A stretch of DNA of 62,993 bases, the filler included, from Klebsormidium nitens (lineage: Eukaryota; Plantae; Klebsormidiophyceae), in assembly GCA_000708835.1 (NCBI GenBank). It is 6 parts of 6 records of this genome, joined end to end, with 100 filler letters (N's around TTAATTAATTAA, not from the genome) between each part and the next. Parts side by side here need not be neighbours in the genome. Positions count along the whole stretch, not along the records: positions 1 to 30,371 come from DF237784.1; 5 more parts are not named here. One strand, written 5' to 3'. Shown piece by piece: positions 10,101 to 19,900 of this stretch (position 1 is the stretch's first letter; each line of letters begins with the position of its first letter). A model generated the notes under the pieces. The model was not told where the DNA came from and did no database searches. It worked only from the letters and a program-made list of their open reading frames with translations. The translations under genes were made by a program, and so were the position numbers.

Positions 10101-10720
10101 TCGAGGCGGTGAAGTTGAATGCAAGGAAAGCTGGCAGGATGCGGGTAAACAGCCACCAGAATCTGCCAGTCTCTTCTGGTATGCTCTGAATGATATTGCA
10201 GTTGAGTAGTGCTCTGAACGGAGTCTGTCATGACTCCGAACTCGTATACGCCCACCTCCTTCTGTAGGATAGCTATTTGTTTTTCCCTTCAGAATTCCAA
10301 GCTCTTGAATGTCCATCTCCTCATTGCACGTTGTCATAATCTTTTCGGAATACTAATGTCGTGTTGACCTGAGTATGGAAGTTTTATTCTTTCAGATTAG
10401 CACGACGGGGGTGCGCACCGACGCGCAAACCTGGGTGCTTTCCCGGTACGTCAACAAGACCCTGGTTGAGTCCGAGGAGATGAACATCGACCTGAAGAGC
10501 CCCTCGGACAAGACCCTTCAGGACCAGCTTATGGTCGTTGTAGGGGCCCTTACGGGGGCGATGAACACCCACATCACGGAGTATGAGACAACGATCAAGA
10601 CTAAGAGGCAACGGAATGTAAGCTGCAGCCTTGAGAACTGTTTTTGTTGAGCAGCAAACCTCTGCCTGATTTTCGGTCTCCCAACCTTAGCTCCTTCAAG
10701 TACAGGTTTAAAAGGGTTAG
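7140..10720 (+). CDS. Multi-exon Crinkler/CR-type effector with C-terminal PD-(D/E)xK restriction-endonuclease-fold domain
   Basis: Phase-0 exons 9464-9670, 9871-9972 and 10396-10617 join to RRELISPVL...GCGPIDY...LLTEAKK...EGQ|LYAEM...LEG|ISTTGVRTDAQTWVLSRY, matching the G-x-G-x-V/I-D-Y, EAKK, Q-x-x-x-x-M and G-I-V-T-D-x-x-x-W pattern of CR-REase domains. Upstream exons from 7140 are less certain and the 3' end is approximate. Confidence 0.7.
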
Positions 10721-12029
10721 TTAGTCAGGTACCGAAATTGGAGAGCTTGGACCTGTCGGTTGAAGTTGGCGTTCTCTGGTCCGGTGCTCGTTCGTCTTTA
10801 CGAAAAGTACAATATCCAGATACAGAGACCTTTCGATTGAGTATTCTTATATTTGGCATGTTACGGACACCTGTCAGGGGTCTTTCAAGGGTTACTTTAT
10901 CTGAACTTTCAGTGGGTTGGTAAAGAAGTTCGGGCAACGGCTGCAGCTATATTGTCAATCCATACGCCTTTGATGAAAGCTGAGCATGCTTGTAGCGGTT
11001 TTGCCCCAGCCTTCTTGTTTACCGTCAGTGCCAGTAGTTTGACACCTGACCCCCGGCAAGCCTTTAAAGGTTATACAGGCCAGAGAGAAGCTCGATTGCC
11101 GGCTTCTGAGCAATCATGATCTGGCTCAAAAGCAAAGAGTTGCGATATTTTGCAAGCTTGTACTCCCAATTGATGCAGGAGGACAAAGGCACGAGTACGG
11201 GTAACTCCTTGGGTACAGAGGCTTAGCACTTTCGAGGTAAGCATCGACAATCTTGAGCAGGATGGTCACGTTTTGGAGAAAAGAGGCCACTTACCTTACA
11301 TCCACTGGTGTCTACTCAAGGGGTTTCTTGCTGAGTTACAATAAAGTTGCTGCTCTTTCTGCCTATTTCAAACCCCAGTGCAGATTGATGCAAGTCTGCA
11401 TTTGAGACAACAGATTGTCGCATAAGCAAAAAACCTGCCAGCATATTTAGCAACTTACAGCTCCAGCAATAGCTGCGTCTTCTTCAGACGGCAAGGTGCA
11501 TCCTTCTATAAAAGTGGCCAGGTCAGCAACTCAAGTCACAATGGTGGTGTGGACAGCAGTAGTGCAATGTTGAAGTGTTGGAATTACCAGTCATGCACCA
11601 TACAAGTCGCGAAGCCTTGCAAGTGGCAGCTTACCTGAGTCCACAAGTACACTCTGGAATATGCTTGTGCAGCTGCTCACAATGCGCATACTTCTTCAAA
11701 CCAGGCTGAGAAGAGAGGCCAGCAACTCCGATCAGAATGCACAACGACTACCTTCTCAGGAAAAGCCAGCCCTTCACCACCTTTTGCTGCTCACAAAGCG
11801 GCGCCAACAATTCAAACAGGTGCATAGTGATGATTCCAGCTGGGAAGCTGCCGGTTTACAATGAGACTTTTAGATGTGCTGCTTTGCAATACAGACTTGA
11901 GTCTGGAGTTCCGCTTGTAGACTTTGGCGGGAAAAGCACCTACTTGGCAGGCATCGGCTTCCATCAGGAAGACACTTGGCATCCACTTGTCTTAGTTCTG
12001 AGCGGGCAAACTTGAAAGGTTTAAAATGT

Positions 12030-13550
12030 GTCACGACCATCACAGGCGATATATGTCGAGCTATTTTGTTGGAGCGTATACCGTAAACAGGAAGACACCA
12101 CGGACAGGAGAATCGTGCAAGTCTCCCGTCCTAATTTCTGTCCATCCCGGCCAATATGCTATACATTTTTATATCTAATAGAATGTGCATACAGGAAGTC
12201 AGCACAGACAGGAGAATCATGTAAATCTCCCGGCCGGGCCCATTGTTTTGACCATCCCAGCCAATATGTCGAGCATTTTATGATTAATTGAGAACGCAGA
12301 CAGGAAGATATCACAAATAGGAGAATGGTGTCAGTCTCCCGGCCGGGCTCCTTTTCCGACCATTCTGGCCAATATGTCGAGCATGTTATGATTAATGAGC
12401 ACGCAGACAGGAAGACAGCACATGATCGTTCGAGTCTCTGGTCTCATTTTCTGACCATCCCGGCCAATATGTCGAGCATTTTATAATCAATAGAGCACAC
12501 AGACAGGAAGGCAGCATAGACAGGAGAATCGTGTTAGTCTCACGGCCGGGCTCAATTTCCGACCAATCCGGCCAATATGTCAAACAAATTTTATTCAATA
12601 GAGCGTGCAGACAGGAAGACAATACAGACAGGAGTTAATCGTGTAAGTCCCCTGGCCGGGACCGTTTTTCTGACCGAGCATTTTATATCTAACAGGGTGA
12701 ACAGGCAAAACAGACAGGACAGACACGAGTTTGTGAAGCCTGACATGTGCGCCCAGTTCTCCCCGCCCATGCCAAACAATATACATCATAATCCCTGAGA
12801 CCTGAGTGGCCGGGTGGCCCTAAACTAGGCACCTATTACACCCGGGATCGCCGGACAGCCCTGGTGCATGCGTGCATGCATTTTGTGTGTCATTTAGTAC
12901 AATCTGTTCCTTTTAGGACTTCTGAAAACTATGAATGTACGTAACACACTTAGGAACATGGAGCGAATTTTGAATTCTTGTCCCTATTAGTGCGTTACCA
13001 GGTGGCTCTAAAGCACAAAATTTCGTACAGGCGGGACCGAAAACACACCTCGTGCAACTTGCGTGCATATGCATTTTGTGTGAAAAAACTAAGAGTAGAT
13101 ACGGTAACATTCTTTTCCTTTTGGGACTTTTGGTGAATATGTATGTACGTAATCCACACTTAGGAACGAATCGCTGGAAGGTTGCTTCCAATCACCGGTC
13201 ATCTTGGGATATTGTAATTCCGGCGCACAAATATTTGAGAATATTGTGATCGATGAGAGCATTCTTCTGCATAGTTGTTTACACTTCACCGAACCGGCCC
13301 TGCGCGCGTTTGATAGAAATACCGTATGTGTAGGAAAATTATAACAGTGAAATGTACAGTACGATTCTTTCTCTTTTGGGCTTTTTGAAGAATATACATG
13401 TACCTTACTTTGTGTGAAACATTTATAACAGTAGGAATAGTATAGATTTGTTCCTTCTGGGACTTTTGAGAACCATGTATGTATAGTGTACGTGATCCAC
13501 ACTTAGGAACATGAAGCGATTTCTGGTGTTTTGTCCCTGTAGTGAGTGCT
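12030..13550 (+). repeat. Gene-less copy of the terminal module (minisatellite of about 6-7 units, AT-rich repeats, CACTTAGGAAC hairpins)
   Basis: ACAGACAGGAAGAC units at 12030-12730; TATGTATGTA repeats at 12900-13500; CACACTTAGGAAC near 12946, 13157 and 13497. Confidence 0.8.
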
Positions 13551-13810
13551 CGGTTGATCCAAGTCAAGTGCCCAAGGGTACGTACCGGCTTTCGGAATGG
13601 CTTTCGACCCCGGTTCGCCCCCCTCTGGCGACCTGCACCGCTTTGGGGCCTGACATGGCGACCTCTGATTGGCCCCATTTTTATGCCGAACTTCATTTGG
13701 TTTGCTGGCGAAACGGTCCCGACCGCCGGTCGTGGGAAGGCCCCCGGGCCAGGGGGGACACGTGGCGCCTATCGAGCGGTTGAAAATAAAGGCCGAAGTT
13801 CATTTGGTTT
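13545..13810 (+). promoter_or_regulatory. Conserved post-hairpin GC segment upstream of the F-box gene
   Basis: Homologous to 6873-7050; GCCGAA(C/G)TTCATTTGGTTTGCTG is duplicated near 13686 and 13792. Confidence 0.45.
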
Positions 13811-14062
13811 GCTGAGCTGGTCGCAGTGAAAGTTGTCTGCGCAATCCTCGCGTTCAAAGCCAACAATGCCAATGGCGGGGGTCCAGCACAGGCCAGGAAC
13901 TTCGGGCAAATTGGCGGCAGACTTCAGGGGCTGCTGCAGGCAAAAGCAGGTCATCGCATAGGTAGTTCAGCGCATCTGAGGAGGGAGCACAATCCTTGAG
14001 CTAGGCCCAGGCGCAAGGGACTAATTTGTTCCATTGGGCAGCTCAATACTGGAAGAACTAAA

Positions 14063-15439
14063 GTGATGGACCGAGGTGCCATGGTCAATGTGGGCCCTGG
14101 CAGCCCCTTGGATCGGCTGTCCGACGATATTTTGCTGCGCATCCTGGCAGAAGGCGCCTGCATCGTGGCTGAAGGCGCCTGGAATGTCGAGGACCACCCT
14201 CGGGACAGGGTTTGGGACGGCTTTGGAGACATGAGGAAGCTATGTCAATTGAGGACTGTCTGTCATCGCTTCGATGACTTAGTCATGGGAGTTGAGAACA
14301 TCGTGTGGAGGCTCAATCCTGCTGCGGTTCTTGCCCCCAGTGCGCACCGGTTCCTTCAGCAGTGCAAGAAGCTGAAGGGACTCCGCTTGATCATGGGACG
14401 GAACAGCTTCGCACAGTCAGATGTCTACGCCATCCCTGATAGCTTTTGGCTTGCTATTTCTAGAGTTACTCCAGACCTTGAGGAGTTCGAAATCCTTGGG
14501 GGAATGCAGAATCGGCTGAACCTACCTGATGGGCAAATGCACGAGGTTTTCAAGACCATGGCGATGTGCCCTCGACTTGCTTCATTGAAGCTAGAGAGAT
14601 GTGATGCACAATTGACCCAATCTTTGTCTCCAAGACACAAGCTCAATTCAATCGTTAATCTCCACATCTCAACCATCGATCTGACAGATCTCGGGGTTTC
14701 AAGTATCCTTGAGGCATGCCAACAATTAGAGTCCCTCACTTTATCATCAATAACGGGACTCACAACTCCAGTATTGGCTTCAAAGTGTCTGAAGATGTTG
14801 GTGATTCAGCAACAAAGACCTCTTATGAACACCCTCAAGATAGTGGCACCGGATTTAAGGTGTCTATCAGCAAGTGGGATGACAATGTTAACAGTTGGTG
14901 CACCAAACTTGGAAGAGCTTGTCTTGGGAAATACATGTGCAATTGTCAGGGAGAGCACTTGGAAGGTTACCGGATTGAAAGTAGGGGATGGACCAAGGAA
15001 CCTGAACCAACTTGTGGAGATTTTCGCCTTGTGCAAGGATGCAAGGAAAGTTACGGTGCTTCATCCATTTCAACCAGATGTAAGCGGAGATCTGGTGGCC
15101 CTATCATGGCTTTTGCAGCATCTAGAGCACCTGGAGTATCTAGAGATCCCATCAGATTTAGCGATGCGCATTAACATAGACACAGGAGGTGCAGTCCCCA
15201 TGTCCTTATCTCTACCCAAACTCAAAAAGTTGAAAGTATCCTTCGAGAAACTCCGCCGGCAATTCGAGCTTTGTCTGGAGCTGTGTAGGATTGCTCCTCA
15301 ATTAGTGGATCTGTGTATTGATCTTACAAATCTACTTGGAAGAAACAGAGCAGATTCTGTGGTAATGCGCCTCTTAGAGCTCCAAAGACAATACCCACTG
15401 ATCAAGCTGTTGGTCAATTGGCCAACAGTATTGCAATAG
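14063..15439 (+). CDS. F-box/LRR (RNI-like) protein, single long ORF
   Basis: SPLDRLSDDILLRIL...LRTVCHRF F-box-like motif, followed by LxxLxL repeats (LEEFEI, LASLKL, LESLTL, LEELVL, LEYLEI). Confidence 0.85.
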   Translation: MMDRGAMVNVGPGSPLDRLSDDILLRILAEGACIVAEGAWNVEDHPRDRVWDGFGDMRKLCQLRTVCHRFDDLVMGVENIVWRLNPAAVLAPSAHRFLQQCKKLKGLRLIMGRNSFAQSDVYAIPDSFWLAISRVTPDLEEFEILGGMQNRLNLPDGQMHEVFKTMAMCPRLASLKLERCDAQLTQSLSPRHKLNSIVNLHISTIDLTDLGVSSILEACQQLESLTLSSITGLTTPVLASKCLKMLVIQQQRPLMNTLKIVAPDLRCLSASGMTMLTVGAPNLEELVLGNTCAIVRESTWKVTGLKVGDGPRNLNQLVEIFALCKDARKVTVLHPFQPDVSGDLVALSWLLQHLEHLEYLEIPSDLAMRINIDTGGAVPMSLSLPKLKKLKVSFEKLRRQFELCLELCRIAPQLVDLCIDLTNLLGRNRADSVVMRLLELQRQYPLIKLLVNWPTVLQ

Positions 15440-16969
15440 GACAAGCAAAAAAGGTGAGTGGCACTGCATTTCAGCCTTATGTCATCCAAATTAGTCACTT
15501 GTTTCGTAATTATCATTCGTCCCCCATCAGCCCGTGGCGATTAAGCCATGGGCCGTCAGGTTAATTGTGGACACTGTCTACGGTTCGACTAGATACAATC
15601 ATCAAGTTAAGCCAATCTGATGGTAATTCCCACTTCAATAACGCCTGATGAATCCAGCCTACGTCCATCATTGCATGCCCGTAGTCAACTTGGCTCGCTC
15701 ACATGTATTTGGATGTATAATGTTTAAGTTATTACTTTTCATTAGCTTGGGTTGCAAAATCTAGCTCTCAAAATCTTAGTATTCCTCATGCCGCGCGCGC
15801 CACCGCGCATTGACATCTGTTTACCCATGGTTGTTATTGGCTGGCAATGGTAACGTGAGTTCTCATGGCATTTTCCATGATCTGCACAAATATTTATATC
15901 GCAGTTTGGTTCATGCGCTTAACATGAAAAACGAAGTACGACATAGGTACATGTACAAGTCTACAAGGCTACGCGTACATTGCATCATTGCGCTGAAGAT
16001 CATACTCAATAATGTTTTTTCGATGCACTGAATGCATATATACTCAAGTGTCATTGTAAGCAGCTCTTCAATTAATTTGAGCAACATGCAACTCGTTCTT
16101 TTTGTGCAGCCACCATGACTTATGCATCTGGGCCGTCATGATATGCGCTTTTCTTCTCCATGCATGCATGCGCCGGGGATCTTTTCCGTAGTCGAATGCA
16201 TCCGTGCATGATGCCGGGCCCCTAGATTGCATCTGAACAAGCATGTTGCAACGATCGTATATATACAGGCCGGCACATTGCAGGCGTGCACTCTGGCAAA
16301 CAGCCTGCGCTTGCAATGATCACAGTGCCCCTGTTTCTGTGACTCAATTGGAAACCGGCAATAGAGGGTCCCGGAGGCTATAGCAACTGTGGCATCGGAC
16401 AACCGTTTCATCCGCGCGGGTATATGACTTACATGCACCAGCTAGGATGCGCATGTAAATTCTATTAACTATTAACTATTAACTATTGCAACTACCCCAC
16501 ATGTATCATTTTTATCAATTCAATGCCCTTTGTTATATGCCACCTTACTTATATGGTACGCTTATATGGTACGTGGGCCCCATTTGCATAATTAATCTGG
16601 ATCACTGCACTGATACATGATGCATGCACTGATGCATGCATATCACATACGTGCACGGACATGTTCAAGCTACTTCTGCTTGCACCAGTCCATTGTCTGA
16701 TCGAGTTAAGAAATGATGCTGTTTGACACTAAGGCACGACACAATGCCTCAATTTCGATGAATAACTAAAGTATGAATGAGCAATCATACAGTGTGCGAG
16801 TCACTTAAAACACCTTCGTCGACAAGTTGGCAAAGCCTCAACAAAACACTTGTACCCTTGCTGAGTTCAGAATCTCCATGATCGGCTGACTTGTAAGCTT
16901 GCTCATGATTATAGCAAATCCCAAGATTACTGCCAAAGTCAGCTCAGAACAATAACCTAGGACCTACAC

Positions 16970-19900
16970 CTACTGTCCAGTTAAATAACGTTTTGTTTCC
17001 TCCAAGATTCTCCGTATACTACTCTTATCAAGATTAATGTCTTGTTTCAAGAAAACCTCGGACCCTTCCTCCCATCCTTTCGCCCAGACCGAAGTAGGGT
17101 CGGTAAAGGCCGCGTGACTGCCGTCGTACTTCCGCACCAGACTACTCTCCTCCTTAGACACGTTATAAGCGATGTAATGCATGCCGTTTTGACGAGCGCA
17201 CTCGCCAAAGTCGCTCTCGCTCACCCATTCTGCCCCAATCGGCACCAACTGCACGAAAGCACATATCACGGTGTTCGTATTCCTGCGAAACTTGCTTCGA
17301 TTTCCCTCTCTGCAATCTGAAAGGAAGATCTTGTTGGTCTTGTCTGTTAGAATTTCCGCTTGAATAATCTCCCCCGAGCGCGAACCGTGCTGGTCACTGT
17401 ATCCTTGCACCTTGCAGCACCTCCGCCTTTCTGTGGCACTTTGGTTTCCCAGGTATAAGCGAAACATTCCTCGTGTTTTTCAATACCAGCGCGGATCTCA
17501 GTCCTCGCTTTCAACTTACACACAGAGAACGAAGGACACCTTGGAAATTCCAAGTTTTGAAGATGCCGAAAGCCAGGACTGATCTCACGAGAGCAGATCG
17601 AAGGTGATTGGGACGAGACATGAAGACTTCCTGTTAGGAAGTCCAATCTGTAAAAAACGGCACCGAAGAATCTGAGGCAGAATCAATCGTAGAGGACAAC
17701 GACAGGGAGAAGAACAAAAGACGAGGAGGAAAGGATGGACATAACCGGAAACTTCAGATGAAAACGGAAGGATGGAGGCAGGCGAATGGACGGAGACTGA
17801 TGGAGACAAGGCGAAGAAGGGACCAAGGCTTCTCAAGAGACGGAAACGGAGATTGCATGAATAAGACCAAGTTGCAGGCGGAATCGGGAAGAACACGAGC
17901 GTGACGAAAAGGAGAAAGTCGAATGCGAGACAGGCGAACACAGGACCAAAGGTTCCGGATCAAACGACAAGCCGATCCAAAAGCAGTCGTCCCAAAACTC
18001 TTACCTGTATCAGCACGGTGCCCTTGCGCATCATGGTCATCTGACTCAGCCCCGCGCCGTGCACACCGAGCAGCGCGTCTAGTTCCTGCGTCGCCGCCAT
18101 GGCCTTTGCGTTGTCCAAATTTTCTAGCAGACTCTCCGAGAGCAGCCGCAGCTCGAAGCCCATCTTGGACGCCTCCTCGATCACCTCCGCCTCGTTCAGC
18201 AGCCGCCGCGTCTTCTCGCGGTGCAGGATGCCCAGAACTAGGCTGCCCCCGGGGCCCGGAACTCTGCACGAAGAGTCTCACGAGATTAAGCGCATGCGCC
18301 CAGGGGACCGCGGCCTGATGCGTTGATGCGTCAGGAAAATGCAGTTGTTTTGCGGGACAGGATGCCCAGAACTCGGCTGCCCCCAGGGCCCGGAACTCTG
18401 CATGAAGAGTAGTCAAATCTTGATTTGTATGGACGGATAGCCAGATCCTGAGTTGAGAAGTGTCTCAAGCGAAGTTGACAGACCTTTCCGGACTTTTCGC
18501 GATGCAGGATAGGCCAGCACCAGGCTGCCCTTGGGCCCGGTACCCTGCACGAAATATTACGATGCCAAGTCTGTCTGCGTTTGGTGCTGAGGATCAGCGG
18601 AGTAAAGCCTGATATGTTGATGCGCTCAAGCGCAGATACTTTGGGGTGTAGGATGCCCAGAAGTAGGCTGCCCCCGGGGCCCTGTACCCTGCGTGGCCAG
18701 AGATTGATTTTAAACCAGTTCTCGGATAACCATTGGAAGAGCCTCAAGGCAGACTTGTCGCGGTGCAGGGTGTCCAGTACCAGGCTGCTCCCGGAATTCC
18801 GGAACCCTGCCTGGACGAGAGGGCACGAACTAGATTCGGAGGTGTTAAAGTGGAGAGTGAGAGCCCATCATTACGGACTTCTAGTGGTGCAGGATGCCCA
18901 GCACTAGGCTGCCCCCGGGGCCCGGAACCCTGCACGAAACATTTCAGAAGTTAGGCGCATGCGATCTGCCTTCGTTCTTCATAGCAAACCGATGCGTTGG
19001 TGGGTTGAAGAGCAGCTTTTGCGGGGCAGGATGCTCAGCACCAAGCTGCCCCCGGGGCCCGGAATCCTGCATGGACGAAAGGTCAGGTTTCGACCTATGT
19101 AAGTTAACGTTGACTGAATATAAAAAAGCCCTTTCTGCGGACTCGCATTCAAAGAGGTCTGAGAATATATCGGAAGGACTTGAACGACCTTCTGCGGTGC
19201 AGGATGCCCAAGCACCGGGCTGCCTCCCGGGCCTGGGACCCTACAGGAGAAGTTGAGAGCGGGCGGTCCCTGTTTGATCTAAAAAACACAGCGAACGGGG
19301 CGAGAGTGATGCCCGATCATTTGATGCGCAGAAGAGCAAAGTTCGAGGTGCAGAGTGCATATCCCCAGGCTGCCACCCTAGGTCAGCACCGAAATTAGGG
19401 AGCCGGCATGAATAGACTCTCGATGCTTAGCTAGAAGTTTGGAGCGGAACGGTTTTGAGCGGGATCCAAGATCGACACTTCTTCTAAGGCTGAGGACCCA
19501 GCAGAAGCAGGTCAGCGTCTGCTCCTAAAGAACAGATACTTCTAGTCATGTCATGCCCGGCCGCTGGACACATTTAAGTCGATCGCCGATAAAAAACCTG
19601 GACATCTGGCCATCTAAAGGCTTTGGTTCCGCAACTGGGCCAGGCTATTCCCTGGCGAAGTGGGAGGTTTTGCAGCATGCGCACTGCAACTGCACCAACT
19701 TCTGTCTCTGAGGACGAATCTTACCAGCAAAATTAGCAGACAATTTTGACCTTCCCTCCCGCTCCTTCCTCTTTACGAACATCCTTCCCTTGTCCTTCAG
19801 AATGCCGGTTCTCACTCCCGTCTCTCACCTCGGTTCCGGCACCGGCAGCCCGTACGCCCGCGCCGCCAGCTGTACGAACGCGTGGTTGTCCGCGCCGTCC

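Noticed and set aside
18264-19250. CRISPR-like repeat-spacer array
   Set aside because: Eukaryotic intron with no cas genes; the repeats are degenerate copies of the adjacent exon start, and the spacers are long and irregular.
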